Shown here piece by piece: positions 1 through 8,823 of a stretch of 56,977 nt of DNA. A program made the translations under genes and the position numbers. The stretch is from an uncultured Mycoplasmatota bacterium (GTDB lineage: Bacteria > Bacillota_I > Bacilli_A > RF39 > UBA660): contig CAMMMG010000003.1 in assembly GCA_946497925.1 (NCBI GenBank), positions 1 to 56,977 on the forward strand, read 5' to 3'. Within the stretch, counting starts at the first letter, position 1. Each line of letters starts with the position of its first letter. The notes under the pieces were generated by a model. It saw nothing but the letters and a program-made list of their open reading frames with translations. It searched no databases and had not been told where the DNA came from.

Positions 1-69
1 ATTATCAATTCCTTGTATCAAATTATTGTCTACCAACACTATTTGACAAAGAACCTAAAGTTCTCTTAT

Positions 70-363
70 TTACATACCTATTAAATCAAAGTTAATAGGG
101 TCTTCTTTAAGTAATTCAATAATATTAGTATTAGAATGTTTTTCTATTCTCATCTTTATAGAATTAACATCATCATAAAACAGATTAGGTTTATTTATTA
201 TAATATCTTTTATATTAGTAAGTCCTATTGATAATAAGTAATCTATTATCGATGATACTCTTTCTTCATTTAACTCTAATTCTAGTTTATCATCTTCATC
301 TATAGAACTAGTAATATCTTTTATATCTTCAGTAGTTAGATTATATTTAGTTAAATACTCCAT
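70..363 (-). CDS. 97-aa helical-repeat protein (mTERF-like motif); last gene of the four-gene operon
   Basis: ORF track. The ATG at 363 is preceded by GAGGTGA and overlaps the end of the upstream gene by 13 nt. The motif IIDYLLSIGLTNIKDIIINKPNLF resembles an mTERF-type repeat. Confidence 0.55.
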   Translation of the reverse strand: MEYLTKYNLTTEDIKDITSSIDEDDKLELELNEERVSSIIDYLLSIGLTNIKDIIINKPNLFYDDVNSIKMRIEKHSNTNIIELLKEDPINFDLIGM

Positions 364-2192
364 CCATACTCACCTCTTCCTTTTACTGATGTTTTAATTA
401 AGTTAAATGTCTTTTCATCTAGGTACATACCTCTAGTAACTGAATATAAGATAGCATTATCATCAGTAATACCTTTTTCTTTTAAAGCACTATAGCATCT
501 TAAAACTTTTAACCTAGAGATAATTTCATTACCTATTTTATATTGATATGGATTGTTATCAACTCTATATTGTTCTTCCAAAGTCTTTATCTTCTCATCT
601 GTTAAAATATCATCTTGATAATTAAGAGGATTTTCCCTTGTTATTACTTCTTCATATTCACTAGCATTAGGAATATAAGTATCATTCATTTGATTTATAA
701 AATTTTCTTGTTTGAATGTTTCTATTTCTTCAATTGTCCCAAGATTATATCCAAATTTTTTAGAGCATTTAGTAGTTAAGCATCTATTTAGCAATTGCCT
801 ATATCTTTGATATTGTGAAAATATAATATTATAATAATCTTCTATACTATTTTCTCTTTTTAATTTATATAGTAGAGCAAAGTTTTCTTCTCTCATACAA
901 TTAATGACAGATGGATTGCCAACAGCATAATTAATATTAAAATTATGTAATAGACCTAGTTCTACTAATCTGTCACATTTATCTGCTACTTTGGAAAAAG
1001 AAAAAGCAGATGGTGGGAAAGAAGACATATCTCTGTTGAAGAAACCATACGTTTTATAAGTTCGAACATTCTCTTCTATTTTTTCTCTAGATGTTTGTAA
1101 TACTTTAATATTAGTCTTATTAGAAATAGAAACATTAAGACCTAAACTTGTCAAGTATTCTTCATTAGATAGCATCTCTTCATAAGAAATCATATTAGCA
1201 TAACCACGCAACCTATGGTTATTACCACTTCCACCTCTATTGCTTGATGGAGATTTATGTCTCGCTCTTGCTTTTTTAGGTAAATTGTTTACCCATATAC
1301 TAGGCATCTCAAAAAGTGCTGGAAATAGAGCTTTACGTTCTTTTAAATCTTCATAACGTTTACTAACGGTATTCTCATTACTATATAAAACAATTGCTAG
1401 TAAAGCTCCTTTTGAAAATTTGTCTAGTATTTTCTTGCTTCCTAAAAAGGTTAATATTTCTCTTGCATTACTTAAATCTATATTTCTAGATATCTCTTCT
1501 TTATTTCTATCAATATATTTTAGCATATCTTCGTTAAAGCCAAAGCTTCTAAAACATTCTTTGACTTCTTCTATATCAGTAGTTACTAATATTTTTTTAT
1601 TTTGTTTTTTGATAGTTTCGTTATATTCAATTACACTGCTTAATAAATCTAGTTTAATTTTAGAAGAAGTATCTTTATCTTCAAGTATTATAGATAAAGT
1701 TTTAAAGTCTTCTAAATTTAACAAGGAATAATCTTCTTTATCATTAACTTTTTCATATAAGTATTCTAAATTTAAAATAGCTTCTTCAATAGATGATACT
1801 TCTTCTTTATTTTTATTAGCTTTTTCTTCTTCTGTTCTTAGAGTTTCTGCTAATGAGTCTTTCTTTTCTACTAACTCTTCTATTAGTTTTTTGATAGTTT
1901 CTAGTTGCATAGAGGTTAAATCAACTGCTAAGTTAGCTTCATATTTAGCTTTTAAAACGAGCTTTATATTATTTAAATCTTCTTCTTTTATTGAAATATA
2001 ATTACTTATATCTTGATACTGTAAATCTTTTATATTTTTTATATCTTTATTTAGTATTTCAATTAAGTTTGTAAGTTTATTTATTTCTTCTTTTAAAGAT
2101 TCAATCTTTTCCTTGTTATTTTCAAGATTAAAATTATTGTAAGTCTCATACAAGTTATCACGTTTTGTTTTAATAATTTCTGCTAATGTCAT
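351..2192 (-). CDS. about 613-aa protein: N-terminal coiled coil, basic linker, then mTERF-like helical repeats
   Basis: ORF 351..2207. The ATG at 2192 has an AGGTGA Shine-Dalgarno; the ATG at 2207 has none. The first ~200 aa are E/K/L-rich heptads. Repeated turns: FRSFGFNEDML, LTFLGSKKIL, YLTSLGLNVS, YKTYGFFNRD, LVELGLLHNF. Confidence 0.6.
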   Translation of the reverse strand: MTLAEIIKTKRDNLYETYNNFNLENNKEKIESLKEEINKLTNLIEILNKDIKNIKDLQYQDISNYISIKEEDLNNIKLVLKAKYEANLAVDLTSMQLETIKKLIEELVEKKDSLAETLRTEEEKANKNKEEVSSIEEAILNLEYLYEKVNDKEDYSLLNLEDFKTLSIILEDKDTSSKIKLDLLSSVIEYNETIKKQNKKILVTTDIEEVKECFRSFGFNEDMLKYIDRNKEEISRNIDLSNAREILTFLGSKKILDKFSKGALLAIVLYSNENTVSKRYEDLKERKALFPALFEMPSIWVNNLPKKARARHKSPSSNRGGSGNNHRLRGYANMISYEEMLSNEEYLTSLGLNVSISNKTNIKVLQTSREKIEENVRTYKTYGFFNRDMSSFPPSAFSFSKVADKCDRLVELGLLHNFNINYAVGNPSVINCMREENFALLYKLKRENSIEDYYNIIFSQYQRYRQLLNRCLTTKCSKKFGYNLGTIEEIETFKQENFINQMNDTYIPNASEYEEVITRENPLNYQDDILTDEKIKTLEEQYRVDNNPYQYKIGNEIISRLKVLRCYSALKEKGITDDNAILYSVTRGMYLDEKTFNLIKTSVKGRGEYGWSI

Positions 2193-2200
2193 AATATCAC

Positions 2201-2401
2201 CTACCATTCCATTAATATTCGATACGTTTCTAAATAAAAGGAGAAGTCTTTAATTCTAGTTTGAAAATTAGAGATAAATTCTCTAGAACTGATTCCTAAA
2301 GCAAAAGATATCTCTTCTAAACTCACATCTTTTTCTCTAATTAGGTTCATGCAGTCATTTTTAATGTTTAGAAATAAACTATCTAGTTTTTCATCTATCA
2401 T
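2201..2401 (-). CDS. 66-aa XRE-like helix-turn-helix protein (antitoxin-like position)
   Basis: ORF. Its ATG shares one nucleotide with the upstream stop (TAATG). The HTH-like segment is VSLEEISFALGISSREFISNF. Confidence 0.55.
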   Translation of the reverse strand: MIDEKLDSLFLNIKNDCMNLIREKDVSLEEISFALGISSREFISNFQTRIKDFSFYLETYRILMEW

Positions 2402-3798
2402 TATTTATGTTCATCTCCTTTTATTGCCACTATAGTTTTAAATTGTTCAGTAAATTCTTCTTGTTGTTCTAAGAAAAGGGCATTCTTACTTTCTATATTT
2501 TTTAATGTGTTTTTAATAAGAGAAGTATAATTTTGAGCGATACTATTAGAGTCGTCAAAAATATTATTTAGGTGAGCGAATGTTAATATTAAGACTTTAT
2601 TATCTTTAGCTCTTATATAAGAAACACACATATTAGAACTTTTATTAATATAGATATCGAATTTATGTCTTCTTGATTGTAATTTAGTATGTTTTTTACC
2701 TTTTTCATGATCATGAATACCTTTTTCAAACTTTTCTACAAGAGATAAACTGCGTTTTTTCTCTTCCTTACTAAATTTATCCATATCAAAGAAAGGACTA
2801 TTACTTTCATCTAGTAGAAAATATATTTCATTAGTTGTTTTTTCTTCTTCTATTTTTTCTTCTGTTAGGATACTATCTAATGCTATAGCTTTATTATAGT
2901 CTTCTTTAAGAATATTAAAATAATCGTTTATGTCTTCTAACGTAGTGTTAGTATTATTTAGTTGTAATTCTAACTCTTGTTTTGTTTCAAGCATATCTAA
3001 TAACAATACTGTCATAGAAATATCTTTATATTGAAATTCATCTATGCCAAGGGCAGATAGGTTTAGGTTATCTTTGCTTTCCTGTGCTTTAATAGCTTTT
3101 GCCATTTCTCTATTGTAATTTATATACTTTTCATCTTTACCTTTTATTAAATAATAGTATTTACTTATAATACTCTCTATACTATCTTTAATTTTTAGAT
3201 ATTCTTCTTTTAGTTTCTTAAGTTCTTCTTCATTTACATTTACAGTTGCTTCTTCAGAAAATAGTGTCTCTATTTCTTTGGATTCTTTATCTTGAGTTTG
3301 AAGCTTAGCTTCTTCTTTTGTTGTGGCATTTTTACAACTTTCATATGCAAGTTCTTTTAGAATACTTATTTTTTCTTCATCAGTAATATTTGCTTTTAAG
3401 ATAAAAGAAGCTTTAGCACTAAGACTTTTTTCATCTAACTCTTTTATTTCTGACTCTAATTTTTTTGCTTGAAGTTGATACTTTTCTTTGTTACTAAAAC
3501 AGTCTTTTACTCTCTCATCTGTTAATATATTATTTAGAGCGATTGTAACTTGTTCTATTTCTAAGGCATTGTTTTCCCAAAAGAATTTAATAATTTGCAA
3601 ATTAGAAATTAACTGGGGAAATAAAAGAAGTAGTGTTTTTTGATTTTCTAATAAATTTGATATATATTTTTGTATATCATCTTTAGGCATACTTAAAATT
3701 TCGGCACTTTTTATCATGGCTCTGTAATTATCAAGTTCTCTTTTTAGCTCTTGTGATTGTTCTTCTATTAATTGTTCATATTTTTCTTTTGGTTCCAT
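2401..3798 (-). CDS. 465-aa protein: long coiled coil plus a C-terminal RelE/HigB (Gp49)-like domain
   Basis: ORF with an AAAGGAGGA Shine-Dalgarno. The C-terminus IYFLLDESNSPFF...KFDIYINKSSNMCVSYIRAKDNKVLILTFAH aligns by eye with Gp49/HigB-type toxins. The first ~330 aa are coiled-coil-like. Confidence 0.6.
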   Translation of the reverse strand: MEPKEKYEQLIEEQSQELKRELDNYRAMIKSAEILSMPKDDIQKYISNLLENQKTLLLLFPQLISNLQIIKFFWENNALEIEQVTIALNNILTDERVKDCFSNKEKYQLQAKKLESEIKELDEKSLSAKASFILKANITDEEKISILKELAYESCKNATTKEEAKLQTQDKESKEIETLFSEEATVNVNEEELKKLKEEYLKIKDSIESIISKYYYLIKGKDEKYINYNREMAKAIKAQESKDNLNLSALGIDEFQYKDISMTVLLLDMLETKQELELQLNNTNTTLEDINDYFNILKEDYNKAIALDSILTEEKIEEEKTTNEIYFLLDESNSPFFDMDKFSKEEKKRSLSLVEKFEKGIHDHEKGKKHTKLQSRRHKFDIYINKSSNMCVSYIRAKDNKVLILTFAHLNNIFDDSNSIAQNYTSLIKNTLKNIESKNALFLEQQEEFTEQFKTIVAIKGDEHK

Positions 3799-3823
3799 AT
3801 ATTTATCCTCCTTTATTTTAACA

Positions 3824-3856
3824 TTAAAAAGAACAGAATATATTTATCCTGTTCTT
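3824..3856 (-). terminator. intrinsic terminator/attenuator between the leader ORF and the 465-aa gene
   Basis: On the minus strand: AAGAACAG, a 12-nt loop, CTGTTCTT, then TTTTT. The perfect 8-bp stem lies about 25 nt upstream of the 465-aa start codon. Confidence 0.6.
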
Positions 3857-3948
3857 AACTCACCATGAAAGAAAGTAATTTTATTATTACTTATGTTTTT
3901 ATTAATACTGCCCCCCAGGTAATAAATTGTAAACGTATATTTTGTCAT
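3844..3948 (-). CDS. 34-aa leader ORF (MTKYTFTIYYLGGSINKNISNNKITFFHGELRTG)
   Basis: ATG with a GAAGGT Shine-Dalgarno 6 nt upstream. The last codons AGA ACA GGA form the 5' arm of the terminator, and the TAA stop sits in its loop. Too short to appear in the ORF track. Confidence 0.4.
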   Translation of the reverse strand: MTKYTFTIYYLGGSINKNISNNKITFFHGELRTG

Positions 3949-3978
3949 TTTATTACCTTCTTTCTTTTTACTATCTTA

Positions 3979-4007
3979 ATAGTATCACAATATACTTAAA
4001 TTTACAA
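3979..4007 (-). promoter_or_regulatory. sigma-A-type promoter for the leader and four-gene operon
   Basis: Minus strand: TTGTAA (-35), a 17-nt spacer, then TGaTACTAT (extended -10). Confidence 0.5.
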
Positions 4008-4066
4008 TTATTACTTTGTTTTTACTGACATAATTTTACTTTTACTTTTTGGTTTTTTACTAGATT

Positions 4067-4264
4067 TTAAGATATCTTTAAACCATTTTCTACTTTACTA
4101 TCTAGATTTAGTAAAACAACTCCTAGTACTAAAACTTCACTTGTTACTTCTGATATATGAATAGGCTTAAAGTTAACTACTGCTATTATTTGTTTTCCTA
4201 TTAAATCTTCTAACGTTATCATATTAAAAGCATAGGTTTTACCTATGCCATAATTATCTTCCAT
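4067..4264 (-). pseudogene. truncated CsaA/EMAP-type tRNA-binding domain (C-terminal two thirds only)
   Basis: LIGKQIIAVVNFKPIHISEVTSEVLVLGV...VENGLKIS matches the C-terminal part of a CsaA-like OB fold. The N-terminal ~35-40 aa are missing. The ORF overlaps the M23 gene end by 11 nt. Confidence 0.4.
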
Positions 4265-5411
4265 TCCACCAAACTCTTAGTCCTGATGGAAAGCCTATAT
4301 ATTGTCTTGGATTAATTGTACTTTTCTGGTATGTTGCCCAAGTACAACCACCACCTGCATGCCAATCACAAGTTGTAAGTTCTAGATGAAGATGTGCTCC
4401 AAAAGAATATCCTGTATTACCCATTCTACCAATTACAGTATCTGGTGTTACTACATCTCCAACATTTACATACCATGCTGATAAATGTGCATATGTTGAG
4501 TAAATATATCTACCATTAACATTATGTCTTATTTTTAAAACTAAAGCTCCATATGTGTCATAGTATTTTGCAAATACTACTCCACTTGCTACTGGATATA
4601 TTTCTATTGTTTTATTTGTATTTGATAAATCAATTCCTAAGTGTCCCGCATTCATCCAATTTTGTGTAACATAACCACTAACCATTGGACGATAGAATCC
4701 TGATGCTGATGGAACAGAATTACCATTTACTCTCATTTCACAAGCAGTTATATCTTCGTTTTCCCCACATCCTAGTTTTTTATAATAAGCTAGTTGTTTT
4801 TCTGCTTCTTCTTTTTGTTTTTCAACACTTGGCATTGCATCTTTAATAGCAGCAGTTTCGGCATTAATTTTAGACTGTTCTGCTTCTAGTTCATCTGTTA
4901 ATTTTTCCAACTCACTATTTTTAGTCGCAAGTTCTTCTTTTCTTTTATTATTATCTTCAATTAGTTTTGTAAGATCATCCATAACTTGCTCATTATATTC
5001 TGTTAATTGCTCAACTATAGCTATACGATAAACCATATCAGTAACATCTGTCGCTCCAAAAATATACTCTATATAAGCATTTTCACCTTCACTAACTTGA
5101 AGATATTGAAATAAAGATTTACTTTGTTCACTCTTTTCAGCAATTTCTTTATTGGATTCATCTATTTCTTGCTCCAAAACCTCTGTTTCACTTTTTATTG
5201 AGCTAATTTGATTTTCATAATCTGCTATTTTCTTTTTAATTTCTGCTACTTCAGCATCATTTGCAGCGATTTGATTATTCTTACTTTCAAGGTCTGCTGT
5301 AAACTTATTTACTTCATCTTCTAGTTGTTTCAAAGTTTTAGCATTTGTATTAACTGGTATTATAAATACTGCTAATAAAATTAATAATATAACTGAACTT
5401 ATCTTTTTCAT
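4254..5411 (-). CDS. secreted coiled-coil M23 (LytM) peptidoglycan hydrolase, likely FtsEX partner
   Basis: Signal peptide and a ~200-aa coiled coil. M23 motifs GHLGIDL (HxxxD) and AHLHLEL (HxH). Lies directly downstream of ftsEX. Confidence 0.8.
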   Translation of the reverse strand: MKKISSVILLILLAVFIIPVNTNAKTLKQLEDEVNKFTADLESKNNQIAANDAEVAEIKKKIADYENQISSIKSETEVLEQEIDESNKEIAEKSEQSKSLFQYLQVSEGENAYIEYIFGATDVTDMVYRIAIVEQLTEYNEQVMDDLTKLIEDNNKRKEELATKNSELEKLTDELEAEQSKINAETAAIKDAMPSVEKQKEEAEKQLAYYKKLGCGENEDITACEMRVNGNSVPSASGFYRPMVSGYVTQNWMNAGHLGIDLSNTNKTIEIYPVASGVVFAKYYDTYGALVLKIRHNVNGRYIYSTYAHLSAWYVNVGDVVTPDTVIGRMGNTGYSFGAHLHLELTTCDWHAGGGCTWATYQKSTINPRQYIGFPSGLRVWWNGR

Positions 5412-5440
5412 TGAAACACCTCCATTTATTCTCTTTTATC

Positions 5441-6340
5441 TTATACTTTTAAATACTTTCTAACAGCAGAAGCTGAACCTATCATACCTACAATTATACC
5501 TATTACTAAGACTATTCCTGATACCATATAGATAAATGGTTCTGGCTCGATTAAAGTTATCATTCTACTATATAAATAACCATCAAAGTGATTATATAGA
5601 GCAATATAGCCAAAGCATACTATTAATATTGGAATAATTGAACCTAATAGTCCTAAGACCATACCTTCTATTATAAATGGTGTTTTAATTGTAAAGTTAG
5701 ATGCTCCTACTAATCTCATTATAGATATTTCTCTTTTTCTAGAGAATATTGTTAGTTTAATTGTATTGATAATTAAGAATACTGTTACAAGTATTAAAGC
5801 TATTACCATTCCATATGAGACATTTTGTGCTGCTTCAAATGCTTCTATTAAGTTATCTACCATACCTTCACCATATTTAACAGAACTTACTTTATCAATT
5901 TTTTCTATTTTTTTAGCAGTATTTGAAATTCTTTCAACTACTTTTACTTTTACTTGAAAAGTATCTTTTAGTGGATTATCTTCATCATCCCAAGTACTCA
6001 TTACTTCATTGAAAACTTCATTTTCTTGACTCATTTCTTCTTTTACTGAAGCTTTACTTTGATAAGTCAAAGATTCAACATTGCTCATAGATTCTAATTT
6101 ATCTCTTATTTCTTCTACTTCTTCTTCAGTTGTATCAGTATCTAAAAAGACCACTATTGTTAAATCTTTTTCCATTTCTTTAGTGAAGTTTTGAACATTA
6201 AAAGTAACTACTATTGAAACTGCAACTATAATTAGTGTAATTGTTATACACGAAATAGAAGCTAGGGAAAGACTGAAGTTTCTAAAGACACTTTTAAAGG
6301 CATCTCTTATACTTCTTCTTAACATTCTGAAAAATTTCAT
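5441..6340 (-). CDS. ftsX: cell-division ABC transporter permease FtsX
   Basis: Four-TM topology with a large first extracellular loop. The start overlaps the ftsE stop (ATGA). Confidence 0.85.
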   Translation of the reverse strand: MKFFRMLRRSIRDAFKSVFRNFSLSLASISCITITLIIVAVSIVVTFNVQNFTKEMEKDLTIVVFLDTDTTEEEVEEIRDKLESMSNVESLTYQSKASVKEEMSQENEVFNEVMSTWDDEDNPLKDTFQVKVKVVERISNTAKKIEKIDKVSSVKYGEGMVDNLIEAFEAAQNVSYGMVIALILVTVFLIINTIKLTIFSRKREISIMRLVGASNFTIKTPFIIEGMVLGLLGSIIPILIVCFGYIALYNHFDGYLYSRMITLIEPEPFIYMVSGIVLVIGIIVGMIGSASAVRKYLKV

Positions 6341-7026
6341 TCTTCATAGCCTCCTTTCTCAAGATGTTTAATAAGTCTACCATCTTTTAGGAGAACTACT
6401 TCTTTTTGCATTTTATTAACTATTTCTTTGTCATGAGTTGCCATGATAATAGTTGTACCACATGTTTTATTGATTTCCTCTAGGACTTTGACTATTTCCA
6501 TACTACGGTCTGGGTCAAGGTTTCCTGTTGGTTCATCACAAAGTAATATTCTTGGTTCATTAACAATCGCTCTTGCAATGGCAACACGTTGTTGTTCTCC
6601 TCCTGATAATTGGTCTGGGTAATTATGTATCTTAGCTTTAAGTCCTACTAGTTCTAAAGCTTTTAAGACTTTTTTTCTTGTTTCCCCTTTAGTCGCACCA
6701 AGAGATTCCATGGTAAAGGCAACATTTTCATAAACTGTTAACTTTGGTAATAAGCGGTAGTCTTGAAAAACAATTCCTAGTTTACGTCTTAATTTATATA
6801 CTTTACTATTTCTTAATTTTGCAACGTTAATACCACCTACATAGATTTCACCACTAGTTGGTTTTTCTTCACGATATAGCATTTTGATAAAAGTACTTTT
6901 ACCAGAGCCTGAACCACCGATTACAAAGACAAAAGAACCTTTCTTTATATTAAGGCTTAAGTCATAGATAGCAGTTACACCATTTTTATATTGTTTATTT
7001 ACATTTTTAACTCTAATTAAATCCAT
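6337..7026 (-). CDS. ftsE: cell-division ATP-binding protein FtsE
   Basis: Walker [10 protein letters not shown], signature LSGGEQQR, Walker B ILLCDEP. The start was chosen at MDLIRVKNV (ATG 7026); the ORF track extends to 7095. Confidence 0.85.
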   Translation of the reverse strand: MDLIRVKNVNKQYKNGVTAIYDLSLNIKKGSFVFVIGGSGSGKSTFIKMLYREEKPTSGEIYVGGINVAKLRNSKVYKLRRKLGIVFQDYRLLPKLTVYENVAFTMESLGATKGETRKKVLKALELVGLKAKIHNYPDQLSGGEQQRVAIARAIVNEPRILLCDEPTGNLDPDRSMEIVKVLEEINKTCGTTIIMATHDKEIVNKMQKEVVLLKDGRLIKHLEKGGYEE

Positions 7027-7126
7027 TAACATCATCCTATTCATAGAACAGTATAACATATTTCGACAAGTTATGTATATAGCAATTATTGGCAACTTTA
7101 CATTTTAGAGTCAAAAAAAAGAGGAT

Positions 7127-7972
7127 TTATTTTCCTCCACCTACTTCATAAGCATCTGTTACGACAAAGAAAGCTTTAGGATCTATTTCTTTGATACCTT
7201 CTTTTAATCTAAAATAATCTCTTGTAGGTACAACTGCTAGTAATACTCTTCTTTTCTTTTGTAAGAAACCTCCTTTAACATCAAATATCGTAACTGTATG
7301 ATGTAATTTATTTATTAGATATTCTTTTACTTGTTCTTCTTTACTTGTTGTTATATAGAAAGCTTTATTTTTAGATATTCCTAGTATTACTTTATCTATT
7401 ACAAATCCACTAATATATATAATTATAAAAGCATATAACATCATATTAAAGCCAAAGTAGACACCACCGATTAGAACAACGATAAAGTTAATTACCATGG
7501 TTGTTTTAGCAAGAGATATATGAAAGTATTTATAGACTATTTGGCTAATTATATTTAGGCCGCCGTTACTAAAACCTACTTTATACATGAGACCATTAGT
7601 TATTCCTAGTAGTATTCCTATTAAGATACTCATTAAGATTAAGTCACTAGTATCTATTACAATATATCTTGCTAAGGGTTCTGTTAGAGATACAAATAAA
7701 GGATAAACTAAGGTTGCAACTAGAGAACCGGCTGTTTGATCTAGTCCTAAGAAAAGATAACTTATACCTAATAAAATAAGTGAACCTACTAGAATAACTA
7801 ATGATGGAGATATGTCAAAGATGTGATTTAATATTATGGCAACACCATTCATTCCTCCTGTTACTAAATCAGTTGGATATAATAAAAGATTAAATACTAA
7901 TGATGAGATAAAAAGACTAAATATTAAAACTCCATATCTATACCATAGTTTTGTTTTATCTATTCTTAACAC
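7127..7972 (-). CDS. YitT-family membrane protein (DUF2179 C-terminal domain)
   Basis: Multi-TM N-terminal region plus C-terminal TIFDVKGGF...AFFVVTDAYEVGGG, typical of YitT/DUF2179. Confidence 0.7.
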   Translation of the reverse strand: MLRIDKTKLWYRYGVLIFSLFISSLVFNLLLYPTDLVTGGMNGVAIILNHIFDISPSLVILVGSLILLGISYLFLGLDQTAGSLVATLVYPLFVSLTEPLARYIVIDTSDLILMSILIGILLGITNGLMYKVGFSNGGLNIISQIVYKYFHISLAKTTMVINFIVVLIGGVYFGFNMMLYAFIIIYISGFVIDKVILGISKNKAFYITTSKEEQVKEYLINKLHHTVTIFDVKGGFLQKKRRVLLAVVPTRDYFRLKEGIKEIDPKAFFVVTDAYEVGGGK

Positions 7973-7974
7973 TG

Positions 7975-8823
7975 CTAGGCACCACCTTTTACTTCATAGG
8001 AATCCATGGCAACAAAGAATGCATTTTTATCTATGTTATGGATACCTTCTTTTAATTTATAGTATTCTCTTGTTGGAATTACACTCATTAGAACTGTTTG
8101 GTTTTCACTATTGTAACCACCTTTAGCATTAAATTCTGTTACGCCATGTTTTAATTCATTTATAACAAAGTCTTTAACTTCTTTTTCTTTGCTAGTAATT
8201 ATATAAAATGCTTTAGAATCAGATATTCCTAGGACTACTTTATCTGTTAGTGTAGAAATTAAGTAAAGAATTATAAGTGAGTACATTAAGTGATTAAAAC
8301 CAAAGACAAAGGCTCCTATTACTATGATTGTACCATCAGTAAAGAACATACTATTACCAAGACTAATTTTAAATATTTTAGATACTATCATATTTAGTAT
8401 ATCTGTTCCACCTGTAGAATAACCTGCTCTAAATATAAGACCAGCGCCAAGTCCTTGTAAAACTCCTCCAAAGATAGCGATTAGTATCATTTCACTTTCT
8501 TTAAAACTTATATAAGTAGATAAATGTTCTGTTAGACTTACAAATATTGGAAAAAGAATAGAGCCAAGTATTGTCGCTTTAGTTTTTTCTTTGCCTAAAA
8601 CTAAGAATGATACTATTATTAATAAAATATTAGCGACAGAGATAATAGTTGAAGGATTAAGGCCAAAGAAGTGTTTTAATATTAAAGAAAAACCACTCAC
8701 TCCTCCTGCTACTAAATTGTTAGGAGACATGAAAAGATTAAAGGCTAGGGCTACTAAGAAGCAACCTATGATAAATTCTATTAATTCTTTAATTCTAATT
8801 TTTTGCTTTATCACTTTCTTCAT
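7975..8823 (-). CDS. YitT-family membrane protein (DUF2179), tandem paralog
   Basis: Same architecture as 7127..7972 (TEFNAKGGY...AFFVAMDSYEVKGG). The start overlaps the prfB 3' end. Confidence 0.7.
   Translation of the reverse strand: MKKVIKQKIRIKELIEFIIGCFLVALAFNLFMSPNNLVAGGVSGFSLILKHFFGLNPSTIISVANILLIIVSFLVLGKEKTKATILGSILFPIFVSLTEHLSTYISFKESEMILIAIFGGVLQGLGAGLIFRAGYSTGGTDILNMIVSKIFKISLGNSMFFTDGTIIVIGAFVFGFNHLMYSLIILYLISTLTDKVVLGISDSKAFYIITSKEKEVKDFVINELKHGVTEFNAKGGYNSENQTVLMSVIPTREYYKLKEGIHNIDKNAFFVAMDSYEVKGGA

Noticed and set aside
1420-1731. Plus-strand ORF (103 aa). Similar antisense ORFs occur at 5766-5957, 7836-8126, 8591-8827, 9821-10009, 11503-11731, 14793-15104, 17543-17761, 19570-19764, 22962-23591, 24625-24837, 25111-25350, 27335-27568, 28674-28874, 30167-30436, 31379-31576, 31823-32026, 39873-40106, 40293-40505, 41055-41237, 43466-43654, 54829-55101 and 55180-55557.
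   Set aside because: All lie wholly inside well-supported genes on the opposite strand. Their composition is low-complexity and rich in F/L/I/S, as expected for antisense frames of AT-rich coding DNA. They lack convincing Shine-Dalgarno sequences.
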